64,000 nucleotides of DNA from an uncultured delta proteobacterium (GCA_963803435.1 CAWDML010000001.1:1024001-1088000), one strand, 5' to 3'. Positions 1-10,837 are shown, counted from the stretch's first letter. Notes: a model not told the origin generated them from the letters alone. Program-made: numbers and translations.

Positions 1-1052
1 TTGAGGTTCTCCTGCGCGTCGTCGAGCCGCTTGAGATCCCGGAGGTAGAGCACACCCAGGTTGTAGTGGGCCGGGCCTGCGCTCGGTCCGTCCGCCACCT
101 GGATCGCCTGCTGGTACGCCTTCTCGGCGTCGTCGAAGCGGCCGCTGCCCTTGAGCGCGATCCCCAGGTTCACGTACGCCGCCGCGTTCTTCGGCTCGGC
201 CTTGGTGATCGCCACATAGTTGTCGATGGCCTTCTTGAAGTCCTTGAAGCCCATCGAGATCTGCGCGATGCGGAAGCGCGCCTCGATCAGCCGCGGGTTG
301 TTCTGGACCGCCGTCTCGAACGCCGCCAGCGCTTGACCGGTCTGCTTCTCGGCCAGCGCCACCTGTCCCAGGACGAAGTGGAGACAGGCGCCGTTCTTGT
401 CGATCTTGAGCCCCTGCGCCGCGAGCAGCCTCGCCCGCAGCAGGTCCTTCTGCTTCACCGCGGCCTGCGCCAGCACGCAATACCCGCCGATGTTCTTCGG
501 CTGATAGGTCAGCGCCTCCTGACAGAGGTTGGTGGCCTCGTCGTAGTCGCCCTGCGCCATCACGTAGCTCGCCAGCGCGATCCGCGCCTGTGCCGCCCCT
601 GGATCGCGCGCGATCAGCTCGCGCAGCAGGCTGACCGCCTCACCGGGATCCCGCTTCGCCGCCAGCGCCGCCAGGTTCTCCTGCGCCTCCCGCAGGGCCG
701 GATTGAGCGCGATGGCTCGCCGGTAGGCGTCCTCGGCCTCCTTGTCCTGACCGAGGTGCTCGAGGGCCACGCCCTTGTTGAACAGCGCCAGCGCGTAGTT
801 CGGATACCTGTGGAGGACGTCGTCCATCCGCGCGTTCACGTCGCTGTAGTCGAGGTGCCCCTTCTTGGCGTCCTCCCTGAGGTAGTTGGCCTCCTCCTGG
901 AACGCCTTGCTGGCGGCGTCCTCCTTGACCACCTTGATGTCCTGCTTCATCACCCCGGCGTTCGGGACGTCGTGCTTGACCTCCTTCTTCTGAGGCGTGG
1001 CGCAGGCGACCGCGGCGACGGCGAGGAGTGCGAGCTTTTGCGTGTTCCTCAT
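1..1052 (-). CDS. gltE: TPR-repeat lipoprotein, GltE/AglT (NfsE)-like gliding motility protein; 3' end runs off the window
   Basis: Not in the ORF track because it has no stop in the window. Translated by hand from ATG 1052: MRNTQKLALLAVAAVA-C (lipobox), then multiple TPRs (ALALFNKGVALEHLG, AAYVNLGIALKGSGRFDDAEKAYQQAI). ATGA overlap with the gltD stop. Confidence 0.75.
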   Translation of the reverse strand, partial: MRNTQKLALLAVAAVACATPQKKEVKHDVPNAGVMKQDIKVVKEDAASKAFQEEANYLREDAKKGHLDYSDVNARMDDVLHRYPNYALALFNKGVALEHLGQDKEAEDAYRRAIALNPALREAQENLAALAAKRDPGEAVSLLRELIARDPGAAQARIALASYVMAQGDYDEATNLCQEALTYQPKNIGGYCVLAQAAVKQKDLLRARLLAAQGLKIDKNGACLHFVLGQVALAEKQTGQALAAFETAVQNNPRLIEARFRIAQISMGFKDFKKAIDNYVAITKAEPKNAAAYVNLGIALKGSGRFDDAEKAYQQAIQVADGPSAGPAHYNLGVLYLRDLKRLDDAQENL

Positions 1053-4000
1053 CGCGGCTCCTCCGGATCCTTCTTCTTCTCCTGCTCGGTGTTCCGGGCC
1101 TGCACGGTCTCGTACTGCTGCTGGACCGCCTCGTACCCGGCATAGTCGAGGATCAGCGTGTTCGCCTCCAGCGCCTCGAGGCGCGCCCCCGCCTTGTACT
1201 CCATCGCCTTCTCGGTGATCGGCGGGAACTCGGCGGGCGCCAGCCTCTCGAGCTTCTTCACGCACTTCGTCGAGTAGTTGGTGAACGTGTTGAGCTCGTT
1301 CGACTTGCCCACGCAGGTCCGATAGGCCGCATAGGCCGCTTCGCGCGCCGGCGCCGCCATGGTGTCCATCTCCTGCTTGATGATCTGGCAGGCCTCGTCC
1401 GGGATCCCGCGCGGGCAGGCTACGCTCGTCACCTTGGCCACGAACTCGTCCCACGCCACCGCGATCTTGTACAGCGACGCGATGGTCGACTCGGCTTGCT
1501 GGTAGTCGGTGACCACCCGCGTGTACGACTTGATCATCCGCTCGCGCCACTGCGCCTTGTCCGCCAGCGCCCGCTTGAACTGCGTCGGGTTCTTCAGGTT
1601 CGGCGTGGGGATGCGCATCCGCGCGTACTCTTTCCAGTCCTTGTCGATCTTCTTGAAGGCCACCAGCGAGGCGTAGCGGGCCGCGTTCGCCGGCACGTCC
1701 TTACTCCGCTTCTTTCGATAGTGGTACGTCCCGAGGATCTCGTCCTCGATCTTGTCGGCCTTGCTGATCGCGCGCAGCTTCTTCCGACAGATCTCGGCCT
1801 CCCGCCACATCGCGTCCCAGAAGTGCTCGGTGTCCCCAAACTGCTTGGCGTACTCCTCGTAGCGGCGGGAGGCCTCACCGAAGCGCCCGGAGCGATCGAG
1901 GTCCTGCGCGATCGTCCAGTAGATCTCGGCCGCCTCCTTCTCGCCGCCCTTCGCCTTGCCGTACAGCTTCAGGTAGTCGAGCCGGAGATCGTTCGCCTTC
2001 TTCACCGACCCGATGCCGGCGTAGAACACGGCGGCGTTGAACATCGCGTCCCGGGCGCGCTCGTCGCTCGGATACCGCTTCGCGAACTCGAGGAACTCGG
2101 CCGCCGCCTTCCCATACTCTGTACGTTCCTCGTAGCGCTTCGCGATGTAGTACGCGACGTCGACGCCCAGCGGCGACTTTGGATACTCGTCGAGCAGCTT
2201 CTTCCGGAGCTGGTCCGCCTTGTCCTTCTGGCCGACCTTGTCCCAGGCCACCGAGGCGTTGAACAGCGCCTTGTCCGCGTTGTCGCTCTTCGGGAACTCC
2301 TCGTAGAAGCTCTGGTAGCCCTCCGCGACCAGCTTGATGTCGCCGTGCTCCTTGTTGACCCGCTCCTCCAGGATCTGGACCAGGGCGAACTTCGCGTACT
2401 CCATGAAGTGCGCGAGGTCGTGGGCGAGCTGATCGCGACCCTTCATCAGGTCCGGGATCTTCACGTACTCGGCCGCGTGGTCGTACAGCTTCTCCCAGTC
2501 TTTGCGCTGGTGATAGATGTCGATAACCAGGTTGGCCGCGACCTCCGCCTCCTGCGAGGCCGGGTGTTGGTGCACGATCTCGTCGAAGCGCTTCAGCGCC
2601 TCCTCGTTGTGGCTGTAGTCGTAGAGCAGCTTGGCCGCGTTCGCCTTCACGCTCACCAGCTTCTCGGCTTTGTCGGCCGGCACCAGCGCGATGTAACGAT
2701 CGCAGGCCTCGATCAGCCGCTGCTTCTCCTTCGGCAGCGGGATCGGCTTGTCGGCGGGCTTCGGCTTCTTGAGCCGGAGGTCCTTGATGAACTCCTCCAG
2801 GGCCAGAATGTTGTCGTTGGCGGCGTCGACCAGATACTGCGTCTGCGGCGGCGTGCCCTTGGCGGCCATCACCGTCGCCTCGTACATCCGCGCCGCGTCG
2901 TCGAACTTCTCGAGCTTGTAGTAGAGATCGCCGAGCTGGAACCGCATCTCGTAGGCGTACTTCGACTGCGGGAAGAGCTGCAGGTACATCTCGTACATCG
3001 TCCGAGCGTCCTCGTACGTATCCTTCTGGCGGAGCTTGATCGCCTCCTTGTTCCAGAGCTGACCGAGCCGCCGGATCGTGGTCTCCGCGATCGTCTCCGC
3101 CTCCGCGATGTTCGCGCGCCCTTGCTCCTCCGACTCCGACTTGCCGGTGAGGGTCGCGATGTACTCCTTGCCCTTCTGGTAGAGCGCCACCAGCTCGCGC
3201 GTCTCGCGGATGGTCCGCTTCTTGTCCTGGCTGCGTGAGACCAGGTCCACGATCTTCCCCTCGAACAGGGGGTTCCGGGTGTTCTTCGGGTTGAGGCTGA
3301 TCAGCTGCTTGTAGAGCATCGCCGCCTCGTCGAAGTAGCCGTCCTCGGTCCACAGATCCGCCAGGAGCTCGAGCATGCCTTGGCAGTCCTTGGAGGTGCA
3401 GTTGTCGTCGCCGACCAGGTCCGCGAAGATGAATCGCGCGCGCTTCGGATCACCCACGTGCCGGTACGTCCGCACGTAGTCCTTCTGCGCTTCACGGCCG
3501 AGCGCGATCTTGTTCTCGCCGGACAGCTCCTGCGCAAGCTGCGAGTAGAGGATGGTGGCCTTGAACTTCTTCAGGGCCTCCTCCCACTTCGAGAGGTTGT
3601 AGTAGCACCAGGCCTGCTTGTAGAGGGCGAAGCCGTAGACCCGCGAGCGCTTGTCCAACGCCGCTTTCTCGTAGCTCTTGAGCGCCTTGTTGACGTCGCC
3701 CTCGTTGAAATAGAACTCGCCGAAAGCGATCCACGCCTCCGGGATCAATGGGCTGTCCTTGAAGTTGCGGATCAGGTCCGCGTAGACCTCGATCGCCGCC
3801 TGGAACTGGCCGTCGCTCCAGTAGCTCTGACCCAACGCGAAGAGCACCTCCGGCATCCGCTTGTACTTGGGGAAGCGATCCCGGATCTCCCGGTAGAGCT
3901 CCACCGCCCGTGCCTGCCAGGCCTTGCTCTCTTGAGTGTTCTTCTTCTGCTCGGCCTCCAGCGACGACTTCTCGCCCGGCGACTTGCTGCGGGTCGCCTT

Positions 4001-4318
4001 GTCGTCTGCCTCCTGCGCGCGGAAGAAGTAGAAGCGCGCCTTCTCGAAGTACAGCTCGGCGAGCCGAAACTTGAGATCGGGCACCTCTTCGATGGCCGGT
4101 CCGAGCTCGATCAGCCGCTTGATGCCATTGATCTGCTCCTCGCGCTTCTCGGCGACCTTGAACTCGATCTTCTGACGGAACTGCTCGTAGCGGAGGGTGG
4201 GGCCGCCCGCGGTCAGCTTCGTGACCTTGGCCTTCTTGCCCCGCCTCTTCTCTGCGACGGCGTCGCCCGCCCCGAAGGCGAGCATCACCGCGATCAGCGT
4301 GATTGTCGTGAATCGCAC
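1049..4318 (-). CDS. gltD: Large periplasmic TPR protein, GltD/AgmU (NfsD)-like
   Basis: 1089 aa with signal peptide and many TPRs (DLKFRLAELYFEKAR, PEAWIAFGEFYFN, FALYKQAWCYYNL). Cys-containing C-terminus (YRTCVGKSNELNTFTNYSTKC). Lies between gltC-like and gltE-like genes. Confidence 0.8.
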   Translation of the reverse strand: MRFTTITLIAVMLAFGAGDAVAEKRRGKKAKVTKLTAGGPTLRYEQFRQKIEFKVAEKREEQINGIKRLIELGPAIEEVPDLKFRLAELYFEKARFYFFRAQEADDKATRSKSPGEKSSLEAEQKKNTQESKAWQARAVELYREIRDRFPKYKRMPEVLFALGQSYWSDGQFQAAIEVYADLIRNFKDSPLIPEAWIAFGEFYFNEGDVNKALKSYEKAALDKRSRVYGFALYKQAWCYYNLSKWEEALKKFKATILYSQLAQELSGENKIALGREAQKDYVRTYRHVGDPKRARFIFADLVGDDNCTSKDCQGMLELLADLWTEDGYFDEAAMLYKQLISLNPKNTRNPLFEGKIVDLVSRSQDKKRTIRETRELVALYQKGKEYIATLTGKSESEEQGRANIAEAETIAETTIRRLGQLWNKEAIKLRQKDTYEDARTMYEMYLQLFPQSKYAYEMRFQLGDLYYKLEKFDDAARMYEATVMAAKGTPPQTQYLVDAANDNILALEEFIKDLRLKKPKPADKPIPLPKEKQRLIEACDRYIALVPADKAEKLVSVKANAAKLLYDYSHNEEALKRFDEIVHQHPASQEAEVAANLVIDIYHQRKDWEKLYDHAAEYVKIPDLMKGRDQLAHDLAHFMEYAKFALVQILEERVNKEHGDIKLVAEGYQSFYEEFPKSDNADKALFNASVAWDKVGQKDKADQLRKKLLDEYPKSPLGVDVAYYIAKRYEERTEYGKAAAEFLEFAKRYPSDERARDAMFNAAVFYAGIGSVKKANDLRLDYLKLYGKAKGGEKEAAEIYWTIAQDLDRSGRFGEASRRYEEYAKQFGDTEHFWDAMWREAEICRKKLRAISKADKIEDEILGTYHYRKKRSKDVPANAARYASLVAFKKIDKDWKEYARMRIPTPNLKNPTQFKRALADKAQWRERMIKSYTRVVTDYQQAESTIASLYKIAVAWDEFVAKVTSVACPRGIPDEACQIIKQEMDTMAAPAREAAYAAYRTCVGKSNELNTFTNYSTKCVKKLERLAPAEFPPITEKAMEYKAGARLEALEANTLILDYAGYEAVQQQYETVQARNTEQEKKKDPEEPR

Positions 4319-4319
4319 G

Positions 4320-6225
4320 TCAGCTACTCCTGCGGCACGTGTTGGCCAGCGTCAGCTCGTACGTCCCCAGCTCGTCGCGCCAGTACTCCCCGTTGAACGG
4401 CCACACCAGCTTCTCGTCGTCGGTCCACTCGATGAACTCGTTGTGATGCTCGGCCGGCGAGCTCTGGACGTCGCGCAGCTTCGACTCGATCCGCTCCTGC
4501 TCGGCGCGCGAGGTCTCGATGTCGATCCGGATGGACTGCTCGATCAGCGTGCGGATGTTCTCGCGCTCCGCCTCGAGCCGCCGCTTGACCGCCTTGCCCG
4601 CCTCCTGGCTCAGACGGATCCGGACCCCGCTCAGGTCCTCCTCCAGACGGCTGGCGAGCGCCGACTCGGGGAACGATCCGGGCTGGTGGGCGAACGACTG
4701 GATCTCGCCGTCTACCTCGCGATAGCTGGCGTCGAGACGGTTGAGGGCCTCGTCCTTGAGCGCGAGCTGGAGGATCTGTCCCACGATGGCGGCCTTGGCC
4801 TCGTCCTTGTTGGTGTCGCCACCGGCCCGCAGGTTCGCCAGGGTCTCGTAGTACTTCTCGGCCGGCTGGTCCCGGGCCGTCAGCCGCTTGAGCTCCTCGA
4901 GGACCGGCTCGTAGCGCTTGAGGAAGACGCTCAGGATCTCCTTCGCCTCCACGTAGCGGCAGTTCTCGTAATAGATGACCGCCTTCAGGATCAGCGACTC
5001 CGGATAGTACTCGTCCCTGAAGAACGGCGAGTGCAGCGTCAGCAGGTTGCCGAGGGCCTTCTCATAGTTTCCGAGCCGGAACTCGGCCCAGCTCGCCTCG
5101 TACAGCGAGTCGAGCCAGGCGTACGAATCGCGATCGATCTTGTTGTAGTAGAAGATCGAGAACGACGGCTGCTGCGCGCCGAAGTGCGTCCGCGCCAGCT
5201 GGAAGAACGCGAGCTCCCGCAGCGCCTCGCCCTTGCCGTCCTCATCGCGCGTCTTCCGCACCACCGACTTGAACGACTCGAGGGCCTCGTTCGACTTGCC
5301 CTGCTTGTAGAGCACCACGGCCTCGAGGAACTTGGCGCGCGGCCCCCACTTGGGCGTGTCCGCGTTCACCTTGAGGACGAAGCGGGACGCCGACTCGAGG
5401 TGCTCCTTCGCGGACAGCGCGAAGACCTCGTCCCCGGACGGGGGCTTCGGCTCCTCCTTCTTGGGCTCCTCGCCCTTCTTCTCCTCCTTCTTCGGAGGCT
5501 GATCACTGAAGAGATCCTCGCCGATGGAGAAGCCGCCGCCCTCCTTCTTCTTGACCACGCCCTCGTCGCCCTCGTCCTCCGGAGGCGTCTCCGCACCGCC
5601 GCCGCCCTCGCCGGAGAAGATGTCGCCGCGGATCGACTTGCCGCCGGTGACCGACTCCTCGACGTGCGTCTCGCCCAGCCTTCCCGAGATCGCGCCCGTC
5701 TCGATGGCGAGGGCGCGCAGGAAGTGGAACCGCGCCAGCCGGAAGTAGAACTCGTCCTTGTAGTCGGCCGGGAAGTCGGTGGCCGCGTTGCGGGCGATGA
5801 TCTCGTTGACCCGAATCCTGATCCTTCGTCTTGCGGCTGATGAACAGGCACCACTCGAGCGCGCTCTTGTAGTACTTGCTCTTCGGCCCCTCCTTGAGGA
5901 GCTTGTCGAAGTACGACAGCGCCGAGTGGTACAGGCCCATCCGGTACAGCGTCTTGCCCAGGTGGTACTGAGCCTCGTCGACGTTGGTCTTGCTGCTGGA
6001 GAGGTAGCGCTCGAGGGCCACGGCGGCCTCGGCGTACTGCTCCTTCTTGATCAGCGTGATCGCCTGGTCGAGGGCCTCGCGCGAGGCGTCCTGGGCCGGC
6101 GCCGCGTCGGCGGTCTTGGCCGCGCCGGCAGGCGGATGCTCCCTCTTCTTCTTGGGCTTCGCGTCGGCGGGCGGCGCGATCATCGCGAGGGAGACAGCCA
6201 CCAGGAGGGTCGATGCGGTCCGCAT
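4320..6225 (-). CDS. gltC: GltC (NfsC)-like gliding motility protein, split by a +1 frameshift at about 5814
   Basis: The N-half (signal peptide, YHLGKTLYRMGLYHSALSYF, ALEWCLFISRKTKD) and C-half (LGNLLTLHSPFFRDEYYPES, WPFNGEYWRDELGTYELTLANTC) join in frame if one base of GAATC 5813-5817 is removed (…QDRVNEIIARNAATDFPADYKDEF…). Confidence 0.8.
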
Positions 6226-6235
6226 GGCACAGCTC

Positions 6236-6991
6236 CTATTCGAACTCGTAGGCGAAGGAGGTCGGGAAGAAGCCCGACACGAAGAAGCTCAGGATCAAGA
6301 GGTTCTGGACGTCGGCGGTGTCGTTCCGCGTATCGGCGAACAGGTAGTCCCGGATCTCCACCCGGGTGACCAGCCAGTCCGTCATGAAGTAGCGGAGGCC
6401 GAGCCCGATGTTGCCGGCGAAGTTGGGGCCTGCATCGGTGCCGAAGGCCCCGAGCCCCGCCGTGATGTACGTGTCGAAGTGCATGATCCCCTCGCCCAGG
6501 ATGGAGATCTTCCCGTAGAAGGGCGCCCAGCTGAGGTCGAGATCCGCGTGATACTTGAACTCCGGCGGGTTCTCGAGCAGCGAGTCGGTCTGCTGCCGCA
6601 CGAACTTGATCGCGTCCTGCTTGAGGTGCGCGAAGACGAACCCTCCGCGAGCCTCCAGCTCCAGCGAGTCCACGAGGTGGAAGCCGATCGAGCCGCCCAC
6701 GATCAGGTGCTGGTAGAACGGATCGTTCAGATCGAGCGCGAAGAACGGGAACACCTCGAAGCGGTGCTCCTTGAGGAACGTCTTGCGCTGGACGGACTTG
6801 ATCCGATCCGAGAGCTTCCTCTTCTCCTCCCCCTCATCTTCCTCCCCTCCAACGTCGGCCTCCTTGGCCTCTGTTGAAACCTCGGCCGACTCACCCTTCG
6901 ACTCGCCTTCGGCTTGTGCGAAGGAGAGCCGGGGCGCGAGTCCCAGCGCGAAGGCGAACGTGGTGATCAGTTGGCGTCTTGGTCCGTGCAT
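6236..6991 (-). CDS. Outer-membrane beta-barrel, GltA/GltB (NfsA/B) family
   Basis: Signal peptide, DRIKSVQRKTFLKEHRFE, LNDPFYQH, WAPFYGKIS.LGE.IMHFDTY and C-terminal FFPTSFAYEFE. First gene of the glt operon. Start moved to ATG 6991. Confidence 0.8.
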   Translation of the reverse strand: MHGPRRQLITTFAFALGLAPRLSFAQAEGESKGESAEVSTEAKEADVGGEEDEGEEKRKLSDRIKSVQRKTFLKEHRFEVFPFFALDLNDPFYQHLIVGGSIGFHLVDSLELEARGGFVFAHLKQDAIKFVRQQTDSLLENPPEFKYHADLDLSWAPFYGKISILGEGIMHFDTYITAGLGAFGTDAGPNFAGNIGLGLRYFMTDWLVTRVEIRDYLFADTRNDTADVQNLLILSFFVSGFFPTSFAYEFE

Positions 6992-7107
6992 TTCCCAATT
7001 GGTTCCGCGGTGATAGCGGGCTGAATCTACGATCGAAGCGTGATCGGGCGCAAATCGACGGCCGGATTCTTCTGTGGTCTCCGAGAGCGTGTTACAACGC
7101 ACGCACG

Positions 7108-7491
7108 ATGATGGCTCGCTGGCTGTCGGTCATCGGGGCGCTCGTTGTCTGTGCAGGGGCGACCGGGTGTGACACCTCGGATGTGGGCACTTGCTGCAAC
7201 GTGTTGTCGGGGCGAAATCCCGAGCTGATCCCCCAACCCATGCAGACCACCGGCGGAGAATGGATCGACGACATCAGCCTCGATCCCGCCTTCGACTGCG
7301 ACAACCTGACCTGCGTGTCCTACCAGGGCTCCATGGCCTACTGCACCGAGCGGTGTCAGACCGACGCGAGCTGCCGGAAGGGCTACAGCTGCGTCCCGGT
7401 GATCCAGTCCGATCCGGGCCCCAACTCCAACATCGGCCCCAACGACCGGTTCTGCGTAAAGATGGAAACGCAGTTCCAGTGCGAGAAGTGA
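7108..7491 (+). CDS. cglC: Cys-rich lipoprotein, CglC/GltK-like
   Basis: Lipobox ATG-C and DCDNLTCV…YCTERC…FC pattern resembling CglC. Divergent from the OMP-gltC genes. Confidence 0.6.
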   Translation: MMARWLSVIGALVVCAGATGCDTSDVGTCCNVLSGRNPELIPQPMQTTGGEWIDDISLDPAFDCDNLTCVSYQGSMAYCTERCQTDASCRKGYSCVPVIQSDPGPNSNIGPNDRFCVKMETQFQCEK

Positions 7492-7649
7492 CTACCTCGC
7501 GGGAACCGGCGCCTCTCCGAAGTTGACGGAATACCCAGACGACCCGCCAGGTTGCCACGGACAGGCGATCCGTACCGAGCGTCCCATCCTGTATATTGGA
7601 TGGAACGTCGCCTAGATCGTTTCGTTGACCGGCCCGTTTGGAGAACACG

Positions 7650-9068
7650 ATGCGTAAGACCCTCGCCCTCTTCGTCCTCGCTCTCAGCCTTCTGGTGACG
7701 GCGCTGATCATCGGGATCCAGCGCCCGAGCTCGACGCCCACGCCACCCGATCCGATCCCGACACCGCCGCAGAAGATCGTGGACACGTCCGGCCAGTCGA
7801 CCGTGACGATCGGCGACGTCGTGGTCCTCGACGCCGCGCTCTCCAACTCGTTCGTGGTCGCCAATCGGGAAGGCGCGCTCTCGCTGCTCGTCGATCTCAA
7901 GGCCAACGAGTCGGGCAAGGCCGAGCGTCCCACGATGGCGATCGCGGTGGTGGTCGATCGCTCGGGATCGATGGCCGGCGACAAGATCCGCCAGGCCCGC
8001 CGCGCCGCGAAGTCGCTGGTGGCGCGCCTCCAGGATGACGACATGATCTCCATCGTCACCTACTCGAGCGACTACTCGCTCGACCTCCCGCTCACGCAGA
8101 TCAAGGGCCAGCGTGCGCGCATCAACCGCATCATCGACGAGATCCTCGACGGCGGCGGCACCAACCTCGCCGGCGGCATGCAGGCGGGCCTGGAGTCGCT
8201 CAGAACCGTCGATTCCAAGACGATCGCCCGCCGGCTGATCCTGCTCTCGGACGGCAACGCCAACCAGGGCATCACGGACCCGAGCGCCATCTCCAACATC
8301 GCGCGCGACGCCCGCCAGAACGGCATCACGATCTCGACGCTCGGTGTCGGCGTCGACTTCAACGAGGATCTCATGACGCTGGTCGCGCAGAGCGCCGGCG
8401 GCGGCTACTACTACGCCCGCGACGCCAGCGCGATCGCCGACTCGTTCGACGCCGAGCTCAACGGCCTGGTGAAGCTGGCCGCGCGCAACGTCGAGGTCGG
8501 CCTCGAGCTGCACCCGGGCGTCGCGATCAGCGAGGTCTTCGGCTACCGCACCGAGATGCGCCGCGGTCGGATCGTGATCCCGGTCGGCGACATGGCGGGC
8601 GGAGAGCACCGTCGCATCATGATCAAGCTCGCCACCGAGAGCGCGCCCACCGGCAAGATCGATCTCGCGAGCGTCGTGCTCTCGTACACCGGCGCGACCA
8701 GCGATCAGGAGCGCGAGCATCGCGGGACCCTCTCGGTCGCCGCCACCGACGACGAGTCCAAGGTCACGACCGCCGAGCGCGCCCAGGTGATCGAGGCCTT
8801 CGCCTCCGCCGCCGCCGCCCAGGCCCGCGAAGAAGCTGCGTTCAGCTTCCAGTCGGGGGACAAGGCCAAGGCGATCGACGGCCTCAGGAAGCACCTCGAC
8901 CGCGTCCGCGTCGAGAACAAGAAGCTCCAGAGCCCCACCCTGGCGAAGCAGGCCAAGGAGATCGAGACCGTCCTCGACAACCTGAGCTCCGTCTCGGCCG
9001 CCTCGGACGAAGGCAAGGATCTGGTGAAGTCCGAGAAGCTCCGCGCCCGCCAGGTCTTCGCGTACTAG
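7650..9068 (+). CDS. Membrane-anchored von Willebrand factor A domain protein (YfbK-like)
   Basis: N-terminal hydrophobic helix, MIDAS DRSGS, GGTNL, LLSDGNAN, GVGVDFNEDLM. Confidence 0.85.
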   Translation: MRKTLALFVLALSLLVTALIIGIQRPSSTPTPPDPIPTPPQKIVDTSGQSTVTIGDVVVLDAALSNSFVVANREGALSLLVDLKANESGKAERPTMAIAVVVDRSGSMAGDKIRQARRAAKSLVARLQDDDMISIVTYSSDYSLDLPLTQIKGQRARINRIIDEILDGGGTNLAGGMQAGLESLRTVDSKTIARRLILLSDGNANQGITDPSAISNIARDARQNGITISTLGVGVDFNEDLMTLVAQSAGGGYYYARDASAIADSFDAELNGLVKLAARNVEVGLELHPGVAISEVFGYRTEMRRGRIVIPVGDMAGGEHRRIMIKLATESAPTGKIDLASVVLSYTGATSDQEREHRGTLSVAATDDESKVTTAERAQVIEAFASAAAAQAREEAAFSFQSGDKAKAIDGLRKHLDRVRVENKKLQSPTLAKQAKEIETVLDNLSSVSAASDEGKDLVKSEKLRARQVFAY

Positions 9069-9077
9069 AGCCTGACC

Positions 9078-10313
9078 TTGTCCTCCCTCGTCAAAAAGTC
9101 CTCCGGCCCGCTGGCGAAGCGGGATGCGCTCGAGTTCTCCGATCACGGCTCGTTCCACGGGACCGTGCTGCGAGCGATGGCCGGCGGCGCCGGGGGCGTG
9201 TTCATCGCGTATCTGTTCGACTGGCTCCTCCACTTCGGTCTGGTGGACTCTTGGGTCTTTCCGGTGGTCGTCGCCGCCGGAGCCCTGGCAGCGATCGGGG
9301 CCCGCGGCAAGAACGTGTTGAAGGCGCTGCTCGGCGGCGCGTTCGGCGCGCTCGGCGGCGGGCTGTTCGCGCTCACCGCTGGGCAGTGGGCGCCGTTCGG
9401 CGCGGCGCTGCTCGGTGCGTCGGCGGCCCCGGTGCTGGGAGAGGGTGACTCGGCGAAGCGCAAGGCCGTGACGGCGCTGCTCACCAGCGTGCTCGGCTTC
9501 GGCGGGCTGTACGTGGGAAAGGTGCTGCTCGCGCTCCCGATCCTCAGCACCCTGGTGCCGGAGCCGCTGGCGGCCGCGATCGCGGGCGCGGCGGCGGGCC
9601 TGTTCTTCGGGCTGGGCGCGGCGCCCAAGCACCTGGCGCGACCGATGGATCCGGTCGAGCAGAAGTACCTCGAGGCGCTCACAGTGAAGGACGGCGAGCT
9701 CCACGAGATCCTGCACCGCGCGCTGGCGATCCGGCGGGCGGTCGAGCAGGACCTCGAGGCGCGCACCGACGACGAGACCGTCAAGCGTCTCGGCGATCGC
9801 GTCTCCGAGCTGATGCTGCGCATCCTCACCATCGCGGAGCAGTGCCGCACCATCGAGGACGATCTCTCGGCGGCGCCGGCGTACGAGCTGGAGGAGCGGA
9901 TCGGATCGCTGGAGAAGAAGGCGGAGTCGGCGACCGACTCGGCGGCGCGGCGAACGTACGAGGGGGCGATCGCGAGCCTCGACGAGCAGCGCCGGGCCCT
10001 GCAGGCCATCGGCCGGGGACGCGAGCGCGTGATCGCCAAGCTCCACGCGAACGTGGCCCTGCTGGAGAAGGTGCGGTTCTCGCTCCTCCACCTGCGGAGC
10101 GCGGTGGCCGAGCGGGTGGGCGGCGAGAGCTCTCCCGTGGCGGATGCGCTCGAGGAGCTCGGTCGCGAGATCGACGCCACCTCGACCGCCGTCAGCGAAG
10201 TCTGGGGGCAGACTGGTGATTTGCTCCCGGCGCCGAAGGCGGCGGCCCTGCCGGCCGAGGACAACGTGGTCGCCCTCCCCGAGAAGACCAAGGTCGAGAG
10301 CGACGTCGGGTAG
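9078..10313 (+). CDS. Multi-pass membrane protein with C-terminal coiled coil
   Basis: About 6 Gly/Ala-rich TM helices followed by heptad-like helices. 9 bp downstream of the vWA gene. Confidence 0.65.
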   Translation: MSSLVKKSSGPLAKRDALEFSDHGSFHGTVLRAMAGGAGGVFIAYLFDWLLHFGLVDSWVFPVVVAAGALAAIGARGKNVLKALLGGAFGALGGGLFALTAGQWAPFGAALLGASAAPVLGEGDSAKRKAVTALLTSVLGFGGLYVGKVLLALPILSTLVPEPLAAAIAGAAAGLFFGLGAAPKHLARPMDPVEQKYLEALTVKDGELHEILHRALAIRRAVEQDLEARTDDETVKRLGDRVSELMLRILTIAEQCRTIEDDLSAAPAYELEERIGSLEKKAESATDSAARRTYEGAIASLDEQRRALQAIGRGRERVIAKLHANVALLEKVRFSLLHLRSAVAERVGGESSPVADALEELGREIDATSTAVSEVWGQTGDLLPAPKAAALPAEDNVVALPEKTKVESDVG

Positions 10314-10354
10314 CCGTTTTCACGCCCGGCGCGGTTTGCTAGCGTCCGGCCACC

Positions 10355-10837
10355 ATGCGTCGCTTGCTCCTCCTCTCCACCCTCCTGTTCGGCCTCGGCC
10401 TGACCGCCGCGGCCCGCGCGAACGAAGACGTCCGCGTCCTCCGCCAGACGCCGATCTCCGAGAACATCACCGTGCCGGCGAAGGTGAAACAGGAGTGCTC
10501 GAACATCGGTCTAGATCTGCCGTCCGAGCTCGCGCAGGTCCACAAGGCCGTCAAGCTGGTGAAGGACGCGAAGGCGCTCAAGGGCAAAGGCAGGTACCTG
10601 GAGATGGAGATCATCGACGTCCAGGCCCGGTCGGGCAGCGTGTTTTCAGGCCCGAAGAAGATGACGGTCCGCGGAACGCTATACGAGAACGGCAAGCAGG
10701 TCGGCGACTTCGAGGGACAGCGCAGCTCTGCCGTCGGGTCGTTCTCCACGTGCGAGATGCTGACGAAGATCGAAAAGACGCTCGCCCAGGACATCGGCAA
10801 GTGGCTCCACAACCCGAAGCCGGGATCCCGCCTGTAG
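10355..10837 (+). CDS. Secreted hypothetical protein
   Basis: Signal peptide MRRLLLLSTLLFGLGLTAAARA, two Cys, normal codon pattern. Confidence 0.65.
   Translation: MRRLLLLSTLLFGLGLTAAARANEDVRVLRQTPISENITVPAKVKQECSNIGLDLPSELAQVHKAVKLVKDAKALKGKGRYLEMEIIDVQARSGSVFSGPKKMTVRGTLYENGKQVGDFEGQRSSAVGSFSTCEMLTKIEKTLAQDIGKWLHNPKPGSRL

Noticed and set aside
66-5840. Long + strand ORFs (66-1145, 1028-3238, 3380-4396, 4197-5840) and similar ones elsewhere (7383-10091, 43910-46213, 56119-58359, 58374-60713)
   Set aside because: Antisense shadows of real genes in high-GC DNA, with no motifs.
7650-9068. vWA gene as the CglB adhesin
   Set aside because: No lipobox and no Cys residues; it looks like a YfbK-type vWA.
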